Shown piece after piece: positions 8,776-18,074 of a stretch of 64,000 bases of DNA. Both the position numbers and the translations under genes were made by a program. Origin of the DNA: an uncultured bacterium (lineage in GTDB: Bacteria; Patescibacteriota; Minisyncoccia; UBA6257; 2-01-FULL-56-20). Location: the NCBI GenBank assembly GCA_963725235.1, contig CAVRXN010000002.1, positions 250,902-314,901 on the forward strand, read 5' to 3'. The notes beneath the pieces are model-generated. The model did not search any database and was not told the DNA's origin. It saw nothing but the letters and a program-made list of their open reading frames with translations. Positions within the stretch are counted from its first letter, which is position 1. Every line of letters begins with the position of its first letter.

Positions 8776-9833
8776 ATGAAAATTTATCGCGACCTGTTCG
8801 ATCGTATCATCGCTCTCAAAAACCTATTCACCGCGTGGGAGACATTCAAGCAGGGGAAGAGAAGTAAGATCGATGTCATTGCGTTCGAGCGTGATCTTGA
8901 GCAGAATATTTTTCAGTTGCGACGAGATCTGCAGAGGAAAACGTACAGACATGGTTCGTACGCCGGCTTCTATATTCACGATCCGAAGCAGCGCCATATC
9001 CACAAAGCGGCGGTTCGCGATCGCGTTTTGCATCACGCCGTCTTCTCGGCGATCAATCCGATATTCGAGCCGACTTTTATCCCTACTTCGTTTTCCTGTC
9101 GCGTCGGATTCGGAACGCATAAAGGATTCGAAGTGCTTGTTGGCATGCTTCGGAAATGCGCTCAGAATAATACGCGCCCATGCTTTGTCTTGAAAGCAGA
9201 TATACGAAAATTCTTCGACAGCGTTGACCACGATATTCTACTCGAAATTTTGGCAAAACGGATTCAGGATGAAGACGCGATGTGGCTCTTGCGCGAAATC
9301 GTAAAAAGTTACGTAATTAAACAGAGAAGAGAGAGAGAGAGTTCCAAGTCGAATCCAAAAATGGCATTCCTATCGGTAATCTGACCTCGCAATTGTTCGC
9401 GAATGTCTATATGAATGAGTTTGATCAATTTATTAAGCATGAATTGCGAGTGAAAAATTATGTCCGTTATACCGATGATTTCGTGATCGTAAGCGACCGG
9501 CAAGAATATCTGGAAAAATTATTGCCGCGGATTGCAGAATTCTTACAATCTCGACTATCGCTCATACTACATCCAAAGAAAATCATACTTCGACCGTTTC
9601 ATCAAGGCATCGATTTTCTGGGCTATATAGCTTTACCAAAATATCGATCCATTCGCACGAAAACGAAGCAGAGAATTTTCAGGAAAATTGGCTACCGAAT
9701 CGCTGAATATGAACGAGGCCATCTTTCAAAAGATACGCTGAACCAGGTTTTCCAATCGTATCTTGGGGTTTTATCTCACGCCGATACGTATGAATTACAA
9801 AAGCGACTACTTAATGAATTTCCGTTGGGATAG
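8776..9833 (+). CDS. DGR reverse transcriptase, reading frame interrupted inside an (AG)7 tract
   Basis: Pieces 8776..9384 (frame 1) and 9321/9393..9833 (frame 0). Motifs KADIRKFFDSVDH, GIPIGNLTSQLFANVYMNEFD (DGR-type IGxxxSQ) and RYTDDFVIV (YxDD). Confidence 0.85.
9328..9341 (+). repeat. (AG)7 dinucleotide tract at the RT frameshift site
   Basis: agagagagagagag, preceded by agaga. Both RT reading frames are open only across this tract. Confidence 0.9.
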
Positions 9834-9895
9834 TAAAGGCATTGGGCAGATTGGAGCTCTTGCATCCCACTCCCATTTCTGCTATTCTATTCACC

Positions 9896-10111
9896 ATGGC
9901 AATCGAAGCACGAAAACGGGAAGGGGAAGCAGGCAACGCCCTCTTATACAGCTTCACCCGCAAGGTGAAGCGCAGCGGCATATTAAAAGAGGTGCGCAAT
10001 CGCAAGTTCTATAAGCGTACCGTCAGCCGCATCAAGCGCCGCTCATCCGCGATCCACCGCGAGGAGAAGAAAGCTGAAGTGGAGCGCATGAAGAAGCTTG
10101 GCCTGCTCTAG
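9896..10111 (+). CDS. rpsU: 30S ribosomal protein S21
   Basis: ATG 9896 inside track ORF 9842..10111. Motifs ALLYSFTRKVKRSGILKEVRNRKFYKRTVSRIK. Confidence 0.85.
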   Translation: MAIEARKREGEAGNALLYSFTRKVKRSGILKEVRNRKFYKRTVSRIKRRSSAIHREEKKAEVERMKKLGLL

Positions 10112-10152
10112 GACCTAGCGCACTCGCGTGGGCGACATGATATAATAGACGA

Positions 10153-10614
10153 ATGCTGTACGAACAGATCAACGCCGACCTGAAGACCGCAATGAAGGCG
10201 CACGAGCAATCGCGCGTCGAAGTTTTGCGTTTCGTGTTGTCAGGATTAAATAATGTTAAAAAAGAGAAAGAGATTAAAGAGCCAGGTGCGACGCTGACGG
10301 ACGAGGAAACGATTTCGACGCTGCAGAAAGAGGTGAAGCGCCGCCGCGACTCGATTGAACTTTTTAAGCAGGGGAATCGCGATGACCTGGTCACGAAAGA
10401 AGAAGGCGACCTCGCGATTATCGCAGCATACCTGCCGAAAGAATTGACGCGCGAGGAAATAGAAAAAATTGTCGACGATGCAATTGCCACGGTCAGCGCC
10501 GCCACCGGCGCGAAAGATTTTAACAGCGTAATGAAGGAGACGATGAAAGCGGTCAAAGGCCGCGCGGATGGGAAAGCGGTGGGCGAGATTATCAAGGCGA
10601 AATTGGGGAGTTAA
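10153..10614 (+). CDS. yqeY: GatB/YqeY domain protein
   Basis: N-terminus INADLKTAMKA...RVEVLR and the overall 150-aa helical pattern are typical of YqeY. Confidence 0.85.
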   Translation: MLYEQINADLKTAMKAHEQSRVEVLRFVLSGLNNVKKEKEIKEPGATLTDEETISTLQKEVKRRRDSIELFKQGNRDDLVTKEEGDLAIIAAYLPKELTREEIEKIVDDAIATVSAATGAKDFNSVMKETMKAVKGRADGKAVGEIIKAKLGS

Positions 10615-10615
10615 T

Positions 10616-11029
10616 ATGGCGAAGTCGATTCGAACGACGGTTACCGAAGCCCAGCTGCACAAGCTCGTCAAAAAAATATTGCTCCAGCTCAAAAAGCGAG
10701 GTTACACCCTCGATATTTTTTTACTTCCGCACGCGGAGATAAAAAAGCTGAAAGCGCGATTTATAAAAAAAAAGACTGAGCCGAACGTCCTGGCCTTCCC
10801 CGAGCCAATCGCATTCCCGCACCCAGAATCCAGCCGGAATAAAAAATATCTCGGTGAAATATTTTTGAATAAAGATATTCTGAAAAAATCCCCCGAACGG
10901 ACAGCGCCATTGCTCTTGCATGGAATCCTGCACCTGCTTGGATATGACCATATAAAGAAAGCCGATGCAGTGAAAATGGAAGGATTGGAGGAGAAGATTT
11001 TAATGAAAGTTTCATCCGCAGAAAGATAA
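10616..11029 (+). CDS. ybeY: rRNA maturation endoribonuclease YbeY
   Basis: Zinc motif HGILHLLGYDH. ATG 10616 chosen directly after the yqeY stop. Confidence 0.85.
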   Translation: MAKSIRTTVTEAQLHKLVKKILLQLKKRGYTLDIFLLPHAEIKKLKARFIKKKTEPNVLAFPEPIAFPHPESSRNKKYLGEIFLNKDILKKSPERTAPLLLHGILHLLGYDHIKKADAVKMEGLEEKILMKVSSAER

Positions 11030-11087
11030 AAAAGTCCACGCAACGGAGTTGCGCGGAAGGTAAAGGGCGATATCCCAGAAAGCGAAA

Positions 11088-11240
11088 TCAGCTGATGCCG
11101 AGCTCTTTTTGATCGTCCTTCCATTTGACGGTCTTACAATTGATACATGGCTCGCCGATGTAGAGCTCTCCGGTCGGGCCTTCGATTAAAGGGATCGGCG
11201 GTCGAAAAGCGTGCTCGCATTGAGAAGGATCAGTATCCAT
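11088..11240 (-). CDS. Possible 50-aa protein (CxxC)
   Basis: Below the track cutoff. GGAGG lies about 13 nt upstream of the ATG. Translation MDTDPSQCEHAF...GEPCINCKTVKWKDD. Confidence 0.3.
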   Translation of the reverse strand: MDTDPSQCEHAFRPPIPLIEGPTGELYIGEPCINCKTVKWKDDQKELGIS

Positions 11241-11337
11241 AATGATTGAAAACCTCCGAACTCATCCTACCGCCGGAAGCCGGTCTTTGTCCACTTTTCC
11301 ACTATCCTTTTTAACCCTTTCTTCATATAATTGAGAT

Positions 11338-12585
11338 ATGAAATTTGGAGGCATGAACCAGGGCGGCGATTTTATCACGGGCCTCGACGTTGGCACGTCG
11401 TCGATCAAGCTCGTCGTTGCCGAACGGCGCGCACATCGGCCGGCGCTCTTGCACGTCCATAAAGAAATGTGCGGCGGGATGCGGAAGGGTGCGATAACAG
11501 AAATTTCAGAAGTGTCGCAGGCGGTCAACCGTGCGCTGACCGAGGCAAAAAAAATCTCGAAAGCGGCAACGAAAAGAATTTACGTCAGCATCGGCACGCC
11601 ACTCGTTAAATTGCAATCATCGCGCGGCATCGTCGCCGTTTCGCGCGCCGACGCAGAGATTTATCAGGACGACATCGACCGCGCGAAGCGGGCAAGCGAA
11701 GCCGTCAATCTGCCGCAGAACCGGATGATTTTGCATACGATCGTAAAAGAATTCATGGTCGACGGCGTTGGCGATATCGCCGATCCACTCGGCCTTTCAG
11801 GCAGCCGTCTCGAAGTCCAGTCATTGATCATCGACGCTTTCGCACCGCATATCAAAACGCTCATCCACGCCGTCGAGCTCGCCGGCGGCGACATCGCCGG
11901 CATGATTTTCAGTCCGCTCGCTGCCGCCCGTGCCGCACTTTCGAAACGCCAGCGCGATCTCGGCGCCGCAATTATCGACATCGGTTTCGGAACGACCGGC
12001 GTCGCCGTCTTCGAAGAAAATAAATTGGTGACGACCGCAAAGTTTCCGGTCGGTGCCGGAAATATTTCGAACGACCTCGCGGTCGGATTAAAAATCGGCG
12101 TCGATGCCGCGGAAGCAGTCAAGCTCCACTATGGCTATGCGTTCGCAAAAGACGTCAACCAAAAAGAACAAGTCGAATTAAAAAAATTCACGCCCGAAGC
12201 GCGTTCGACGGTTTCGCGACGTTTCATCGCGGAGATTATAGAGAGCCGCCTCGAAGAGATTTTCGATCTTGTTAATAATGAATTAAAACTCGTGCAGAAA
12301 TTCGGTGAATTGCCGGGCGGTGTCGTCCTTGTTGGCGGGGGAGCAAAACTGCCGGGCCTGACGGATCTCGTCAAGCAGGAGATGCGACTGTCGACGCAGG
12401 TCGGCAGCGCGATTTCGAGCGAATGGGAAGCCGACGGCGGCGCATTCAAAGAATACCTCGAGGATCCAGAGTTTGTGGACGCTTTTGGCCTGGTTCTTGA
12501 AGGCATGAATATCGAGGGTTGGACGACCGAAAAGCAAGGCCCGAAGATTGATATCAAGGGGATTTGGAAGTATTTTACGCCGTAA
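11338..12585 (+). CDS. ftsA: Cell division protein FtsA
   Basis: Actin-like ATPase start ITGLDVGTSSIKLVV, plus GGGAKLPGL. Immediately upstream of ftsZ. Confidence 0.9.
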   Translation: MKFGGMNQGGDFITGLDVGTSSIKLVVAERRAHRPALLHVHKEMCGGMRKGAITEISEVSQAVNRALTEAKKISKAATKRIYVSIGTPLVKLQSSRGIVAVSRADAEIYQDDIDRAKRASEAVNLPQNRMILHTIVKEFMVDGVGDIADPLGLSGSRLEVQSLIIDAFAPHIKTLIHAVELAGGDIAGMIFSPLAAARAALSKRQRDLGAAIIDIGFGTTGVAVFEENKLVTTAKFPVGAGNISNDLAVGLKIGVDAAEAVKLHYGYAFAKDVNQKEQVELKKFTPEARSTVSRRFIAEIIESRLEEIFDLVNNELKLVQKFGELPGGVVLVGGGAKLPGLTDLVKQEMRLSTQVGSAISSEWEADGGAFKEYLEDPEFVDAFGLVLEGMNIEGWTTEKQGPKIDIKGIWKYFTP

Positions 12586-12614
12586 AAGAAGCATGCTAGA
12601 ATTATGAAAATTTC

Positions 12615-13925
12615 ATGAAAAAGAACAATAGCCAAGATAAGTTCCAGCCTCTGCGGGCAAACGTAAAAGTTATCGGCATCGGCGGCGGCGGTAGCAATGC
12701 GGTTTCGCGGATGGCAAAAGATTTTTATCGCGGCGTCGACTTTATCGCGATCAATACGGATCATCAGGACCTCGATCACTGCGCAGTCAAACACAAGCTC
12801 TACATCGGAAAAAGTTTGACGAAGGGATTGGGCACCGGCATGAACCCGGACATCGGCCGGCAAGCGGCTGAAGAAAATCGCTCGGAGATCGCGGAAGCGG
12901 TGCAGGGTGCGGATCTCGTTTTCTTGTCGGCGGGCCTCGGTGGCGGCACCGGTTCCGGCGCCACGCCAATTGTCGCGGAAGCCGCAAAACAGTCAGGCGC
13001 ACTGACCGTCGCGGTCGTGACGAAACCATTTTCATTCGAAGGCGCACAGCGCGAGCGGATCGCTGCAGAAGCGCTGATGAAATTAAAAGATAAAGTGGAC
13101 GCGATTATCGTCGTACCGAACGATCGCATCTTTACGATCATCGGCAAAGACACGCCGATCCTCAAAGCGTTCGAAGCGATCGATGATGTGTTGCGCCGCG
13201 CTTTGAAAGGCCTCGTCGAAATTATCGCAATGCCGGGCATTATCAATGTCGACTTCGCCGACGTAAAAAATATTATGCAAGACGCGGGCGTCGCGATCGT
13301 TGGCGTTGGCGTCGCGAGCGGGCCAGAGCGCGCCGTTAACGCGGTCAACATGGCACTCCATTCGCCGCTCCTCGAAACAAGCCCCGAAGGCGCGAAAGCA
13401 ATTTTGCTCGGCATCTCCGGCGGCCGCGATCTGAAAATGACGGAAATTAACGAAGCAGCGAAAGTTATCGGCCAGGTCGCCGACCCGGGCGCGCGAATAA
13501 TTTTCGGTGCGTATTACGACCGGACATTGAAAGCCGGCCAGATAAAAGTGACGGTCGTCGCAGCAGGTTTCAATTCGAGCCAGGCGAATTCTTTGTTTGG
13601 GAGTGCGAACGGACCGCTCGCCGGACATTTTGGCGGCGGTACCGCTCCCGGCTCGAACCGTGAGTCGATGTTCGGATCGCGTCCGGAAACGCCATCGTTC
13701 GGTTCTTCGAAAAAACCGTATCGCGATCTTGATGAGCCAGCCGAATCGAGCTTCGCCGATGACGCGGCCGTGACTCCTGCGCCGAAGTTTAATCCGTATC
13801 CGATGCCGGCGAAAAAAACGGAAACGACAAACACAAACAAAGAGACAAAGGACTCGAAGGACAAGAACGGAAAAGAAAGTGACCCGTGGGACATTCCGGC
13901 GTTCTTACGGCGGCGCAAGAGATAG
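12615..13925 (+). CDS. ftsZ: Cell division protein FtsZ
   Basis: Tubulin signature GGGTGSGATPIVAE, NTDHQDL, and the C-terminal peptide DIPAFLRRR. Confidence 0.95.
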   Translation: MKKNNSQDKFQPLRANVKVIGIGGGGSNAVSRMAKDFYRGVDFIAINTDHQDLDHCAVKHKLYIGKSLTKGLGTGMNPDIGRQAAEENRSEIAEAVQGADLVFLSAGLGGGTGSGATPIVAEAAKQSGALTVAVVTKPFSFEGAQRERIAAEALMKLKDKVDAIIVVPNDRIFTIIGKDTPILKAFEAIDDVLRRALKGLVEIIAMPGIINVDFADVKNIMQDAGVAIVGVGVASGPERAVNAVNMALHSPLLETSPEGAKAILLGISGGRDLKMTEINEAAKVIGQVADPGARIIFGAYYDRTLKAGQIKVTVVAAGFNSSQANSLFGSANGPLAGHFGGGTAPGSNRESMFGSRPETPSFGSSKKPYRDLDEPAESSFADDAAVTPAPKFNPYPMPAKKTETTNTNKETKDSKDKNGKESDPWDIPAFLRRRKR

Positions 13926-13974
13926 GTCTAGACAAGCGATAGATAATTCGGTAGTGTTTCCGAAGGAGGTTCAC

Positions 13975-14193
13975 ATGGCTGGAGTTAGTAATTTAGGAGG
14001 CGACGCGCCTGAGGTGTTTGGACATCTTCCAAACTTTCTCGAGGAACCAACCCAAACGTTAGTATCCGAAGAGGAAATCGTTCGTATCATTAAAAAAGTT
14101 GAGGACGATGCCAAAAAATCGGAATCGAATGCTACGGGCGTCATCATGATGCTCCGTAATGAATTCAGAAAAATCGGCGTCAACTTTCCGTGA
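13975..14193 (+). CDS. Small hypothetical protein
   Basis: GGAGG lies 6 nt before ATG 13975 (inside track ORF 13879..14193). Followed by a terminator. Confidence 0.4.
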   Translation: MAGVSNLGGDAPEVFGHLPNFLEEPTQTLVSEEEIVRIIKKVEDDAKKSESNATGVIMMLRNEFRKIGVNFP

Positions 14194-14218
14194 CGCGTAA
14201 GCAAGGGATGGTTCTCTA

Positions 14219-14245
14219 GGCGTGCCCTGCAAGCGCGCCTTTTTT
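14219..14245 (+). terminator. Rho-independent terminator
   Basis: GGCGTG-ccctgcaag-CGCGCC followed by TTTTTT. Confidence 0.55.
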
Positions 14246-14275
14246 GCGCAGAGGAATATATGTTAAAATTTCATT

Positions 14276-14983
14276 ATGTACAAACCAAAGCCAACGTTCG
14301 CGTGCGACATGCCGAACTGCAAAGCGGATCCGGCGACCGAGCCGATAAATGTGCTCGTGCTGAATGCGTCATTGAAACACAAAGACGATCCAGCGCCGTC
14401 GAACACGGAAGAGGTTGCGCAATTGGTTTTAGATGAAATGAAAGCGCTGGGAGAAGCGGCCGGAGCCGGCGCGGCTGCGATAACCACCGAAATAATCCGG
14501 CTCGCCGATAAAAACATTCCGGTCGGTTTGAAATTTAAAGAGAGCGACGACGACCAGTGGCCGGAGATTGCGACGAAGTTGCGCGCGGCGGACATCGTCA
14601 TTTTCGCGACGCCGATCTGGTGGGGCGGGCGATCGAGCTTGATGCAGCGCGTTATCGAACGCCTCGACGCGTTCGACGAAGAATATATCGCCGAAGGCCG
14701 CAGCGCTTTCTATAACAAAGTTGCCGGCATCGTTGTCACGGGGAGCGAGGATGGTGCACTTTCGGTCATGGGCACGATCATGATGGTTTTGACCTGGATG
14801 GGTTTCACGTTGCCACCCGAATGCGCAACGTACTGGATCGGCGAAGTCGGCCAGCCGACATCGACCGACCGCGCACGTCGCCTCGCGAACGCCGCGACGC
14901 CGCATATGGCCAAAAACATGGCACGGAATTTGTTGTACTATGCGCATTTGCTGAAGCAGCATCCGCTGGAGGCGAAGAAGTAA
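14276..14983 (+). CDS. Flavodoxin-like NAD(P)H-dependent FMN reductase family protein
   Basis: VLVLNASLKH and IVIFATPIWWGGRSS are typical of the FMN_red/flavodoxin-like fold. Confidence 0.7.
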   Translation: MYKPKPTFACDMPNCKADPATEPINVLVLNASLKHKDDPAPSNTEEVAQLVLDEMKALGEAAGAGAAAITTEIIRLADKNIPVGLKFKESDDDQWPEIATKLRAADIVIFATPIWWGGRSSLMQRVIERLDAFDEEYIAEGRSAFYNKVAGIVVTGSEDGALSVMGTIMMVLTWMGFTLPPECATYWIGEVGQPTSTDRARRLANAATPHMAKNMARNLLYYAHLLKQHPLEAKK

Positions 14984-14988
14984 CTTAG

Positions 14989-15063
14989 TGGTAGCCCCAC
15001 GGGGAATCGAACCCCGATTTACGCCGTGAAAGGGCGTCGTCCTAGCCATTAGACGATGAGGCC
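14989..15063 (-). tRNA. tRNA-Glu (anticodon UUC)
   Basis: Clean cloverleaf on the minus strand: acceptor GGCCTCA/TGGGGCT, anticodon arm ACGCC-CTTTCAC-GGCGT, 4-nt variable loop, T-arm CGGGG-TTCGATT-CCCCG, CCA encoded. Confidence 0.85.
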
Positions 15064-15441
15064 AAAGCGGCTGGTGCCTACTGCGAGCCGCGCTGCATAA
15101 CTTTGCTATTTTATGATTTTTTAAAGAATTTGGCAATCTAAATTCTTGGCCAGCTTGATATTTCCAGCTAACAGGAGTGTAATATGATACGTTCCTTTGG
15201 TCAGCTTTTTTGACATAACCCCATGAAAAGGAGATTAGAATGAATGCCAGAAAGAGCGTACGAACTTCTTCGCCCGACCTGCCGAGGGCTATTGTCACTG
15301 AAGTCCCTATTGTTTACGGGAGCAAACTCTATCATGATATTTTGGCACTGCTCCCGGTGTCGAAAAGACGGCGGTTCGAACGTTCCTGCCGACGCGGACC
15401 TGCTAAAAAAACCAAGAGATAATTAGTACAAGGTTTATCAA

Positions 15442-15468
15442 GGCCACTCCGAAAGGAGGGGCCTTTTT
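15442..15468. terminator. Hairpin terminator between the small-ORF region and the hydrolase gene
   Basis: GGCCaCTCC-gaaa-GGAGgGGCC followed by TTTTT. It abuts the stop of the minus-strand hydrolase gene. Confidence 0.55.
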
Positions 15469-15470
15469 CT

Positions 15471-16085
15471 TCAACATGATTTCATGTCCTCCACCAACTC
15501 CGGAAACGTCTCCTGATTGAAGTGTCCACGATCGGCAAAAGTTCGGGCGATAGCGGTTGGCAACGCTTTTTGATATTTTGCTAAATCTACAAACGGAACA
15601 ACTTTGTCGTCGCTGCTGTGGTAAAGAAAAATGCGCGGGCTTTGTTCAGCAAAATGATCGAGATTTTCCGGCAACACAAAATCTGCCAAAGAATAATCGG
15701 AGTTTTTATCATCATAACAAGCGGCGACCAGAAAAGTAGCAGCTATCGATTTCGGCAATGTATTTTCGGAAAGATATTCTGCCAAAAAGATTCCGCCGAG
15801 TGAATGGCCGACTAAAATAATTTCCGGCTCGAGATAGGGAGTGAATTTTTCAAACCAGATTTTCCATTCCTCATATTTCGCATTGCTCTTGTCCGGCATG
15901 TCGGGTGAAATGATTTCGTATCCATCGCCGAGCGCAAGGCCGAGCGTGCGTTTCCAATTCGGAGTATTGCTACGATAGCGCTCAAAGTCGATTTGGTAGC
16001 TATTCAAAAATGAGAGGTAATCCTCATAGCTGGCGAACGTGTCACCGCCATGGATGATGACAACCTGTTTTTTGGCGCTGGGCAT
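15471..16085 (-). CDS. Alpha/beta hydrolase (YdeN/RBBP9-like serine hydrolase)
   Basis: Nucleophile elbow VGHSLGG, plus HSSDD and GHF. Start set at ATG 16085 (MPSAKKQVVIIHGG). The longer track ORF extension runs antisense into parA. Confidence 0.75.
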   Translation of the reverse strand: MPSAKKQVVIIHGGDTFASYEDYLSFLNSYQIDFERYRSNTPNWKRTLGLALGDGYEIISPDMPDKSNAKYEEWKIWFEKFTPYLEPEIILVGHSLGGIFLAEYLSENTLPKSIAATFLVAACYDDKNSDYSLADFVLPENLDHFAEQSPRIFLYHSSDDKVVPFVDLAKYQKALPTAIARTFADRGHFNQETFPELVEDMKSC

Positions 16086-16124
16086 TGATGAAATTATAAT
16101 GAAAATAAGGTAAAATGATAAGCA

Positions 16125-16946
16125 ATGGCACGAGTGATTGCAATCTGTAATGCAAAAGGCGGCGTCGGGAAAACAACGACCGCCGTCAACCTTGGCGCGT
16201 ATCTCGCTGCCGCCGGCAAACGCACGCTCGTCATCGATTTTGACCCGCAGGCGAACGCGAGCTCGGCGCTCGGTTACGATCCGCGGACAACTGAGATGAG
16301 CGTCTACCACGGTGTCATCGGTGCGGTGGAACATGAAGAAATCATTAAACCGACCGTCCTCTACAATTTGCATCTCATCCCGTCCGCCCCGCATCTCGCC
16401 GGTGCACTTATAGAATTCGTCGACATGCCCGAGCGCGAATATTTTTTGCGAAAGTTCATCAATCGCATCCGTCATATGTACGACTATATTCTAATCGACC
16501 TGCCGCCGTCGCTCAGCTTGCTTACTGTCAATGGCCTTGTCGCAGCAGATGAAGTGCTGATTCCGGTGCAGGCCGAATATTACAGCTTGGAAGGTTTGGG
16601 CCAACTGCTCGACACGGTTCAGTTGATCCGCGAAAATTTGCAACATCCGTTACGTGTCGCGGGCGCGGTCGTTACGATGTTCGACAAGCGTGAGCATCTG
16701 AGCCGCGAGGTCGCTCGCAACTTGCGCGCAAATTTTCCGCATCACGTATTCGAAGTCGAGATCCCACGCAGCGTCGCGCTCGCCGAAGCGCCGAGTTTTT
16801 CAAAACCCGTCATTTTGTATGATTCAAATTCACCGGGTGCACACGGCTATCGTCGCCTCGCCGCCGAAATCATCGACCAGGAAAAAAGTTTCATGTTGCC
16901 CGCGACAGCGATCGCGAGCGAAAATTTTGGGGAATTAAATATTTAA
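16125..16946 (+). CDS. parA: Chromosome partitioning ATPase ParA/Soj
   Basis: Deviant Walker A NAKGGVGKTTTAVNL. Followed by parB. Confidence 0.9.
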   Translation: MARVIAICNAKGGVGKTTTAVNLGAYLAAAGKRTLVIDFDPQANASSALGYDPRTTEMSVYHGVIGAVEHEEIIKPTVLYNLHLIPSAPHLAGALIEFVDMPEREYFLRKFINRIRHMYDYILIDLPPSLSLLTVNGLVAADEVLIPVQAEYYSLEGLGQLLDTVQLIRENLQHPLRVAGAVVTMFDKREHLSREVARNLRANFPHHVFEVEIPRSVALAEAPSFSKPVILYDSNSPGAHGYRRLAAEIIDQEKSFMLPATAIASENFGELNI

Positions 16947-16958
16947 CGATTTTTTAAC

Positions 16959-18002
16959 ATGTTAGGAAAAGGTTTAGAATCTTTAATACCGCCTCAGAAA
17001 AATCCGGATCCGGGGAACGGGCTTGGCCAACCGACTCAGCCGACGGAGCCGCAGTCGGTCCAGCCGATCCGTCCGGAGCCAGAGGTTTTATATCCGGCGC
17101 CGATGAAAACGCCGCCAGTCGAGCCGCCAAAGGAAACGCAAGTTTTTGAAAAGGCGGTCGCATCGGTTTCGCAAACAGGACCTTCATCCGATTCGATCTT
17201 CCATATCGAAGTCGAAAAAATTGTACCAAACCCGAGCCAGCCGCGCCGCGACTTTAACCAGGACGCACTCCGCGATCTCGCGTCATCGATCCGCGAGTTT
17301 GGCCTCCTCCAGCCGCTCGTCGTTACAAAAATAGAAAAAGAAACCGTGAACGGCGTCGATGTCGAATATCAGATTATCGCGGGCGAACGCCGTTTTCTCG
17401 CATCGAAAATTCTCGGGCTGCGAACGGTGCCGGCGATCATCCGTCAGGTGAAACTCGAGCGCGAGAAGCTTGAACTGGCGGTCATCGAGAATATTCAAAG
17501 AGAAAATTTGAATCCTGTCGAAGTCGCGCGCTCATTCCAGCGCTTGCAAGAGGAGTTTCATTTAACCCAGCGCGAGATCGCGTCGAAGCTCGGCAAGAGT
17601 CGCGAGACCGTGGCGAATGCGGTTCGCTTGCTCGACTTGCCGGCATATATTCAAGAAGCGTTGCAGAAAGGGGAGATTACCGAAAGCCACGGCCGCTTAC
17701 TCCTCGCCGTCGACGATCCCGCCGCGCAGAAAAAATTGTTCGATGATATTTCGATGTATCGGCTAACCACGCGCGACGTAAAAGAGCGCGTCGAACGATT
17801 GAAGAAGCCGGGCGATGCGCGCGAGCGCGATGGTGAAAATCTCCCGCCCGAGGTGCAGGCGATGAAGGACTCGCTCAGTCAATCGCTCGGTGCGCCTGTC
17901 GAGATCAAGAAGGGCGTCAACACTGGCCGGATTTCGATAACGTTCTATTCGGAGGAGGAGCTCGAGAATATTTTGCGGCGGCTTGGGAAGGAGGGGGTGT
18001 AG
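16959..18002 (+). CDS. parB: Chromosome partitioning protein ParB/Spo0J
   Basis: ParB box IVPNPSQPRRDF, GLLQPLVV, AGERRFLASK, and HTH QREIASKLGKSRETVANAVRLL. Confidence 0.9.
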   Translation: MLGKGLESLIPPQKNPDPGNGLGQPTQPTEPQSVQPIRPEPEVLYPAPMKTPPVEPPKETQVFEKAVASVSQTGPSSDSIFHIEVEKIVPNPSQPRRDFNQDALRDLASSIREFGLLQPLVVTKIEKETVNGVDVEYQIIAGERRFLASKILGLRTVPAIIRQVKLEREKLELAVIENIQRENLNPVEVARSFQRLQEEFHLTQREIASKLGKSRETVANAVRLLDLPAYIQEALQKGEITESHGRLLLAVDDPAAQKKLFDDISMYRLTTRDVKERVERLKKPGDARERDGENLPPEVQAMKDSLSQSLGAPVEIKKGVNTGRISITFYSEEELENILRRLGKEGV

Positions 18003-18074
18003 GTTTGTTCGCATATGCACTTGTCTTTTGTCTGAGTATATGCTATAAAAATTACCGGTAGAGAAAGGATTGCC

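Noticed and set aside
8776-9833. RT as a retron or group II intron reverse transcriptase
   Set aside because: There are no intron RNA domains, maturase/endonuclease extensions or msr/msd-like inverted repeats nearby. The IGNLTSQ motif, the adjacent Avd and the adenine-specific TR/VR pair identify it as a DGR RT.
15240-15426. Two overlapping 60-aa ORFs (15240..15422 and 15244..15426) after an AAGGAG site
   Set aside because: An SD and a downstream terminator suggest a real small gene. But the two frames are equally open, neither product has a recognisable motif, and I cannot choose between them, so no CDS is called.
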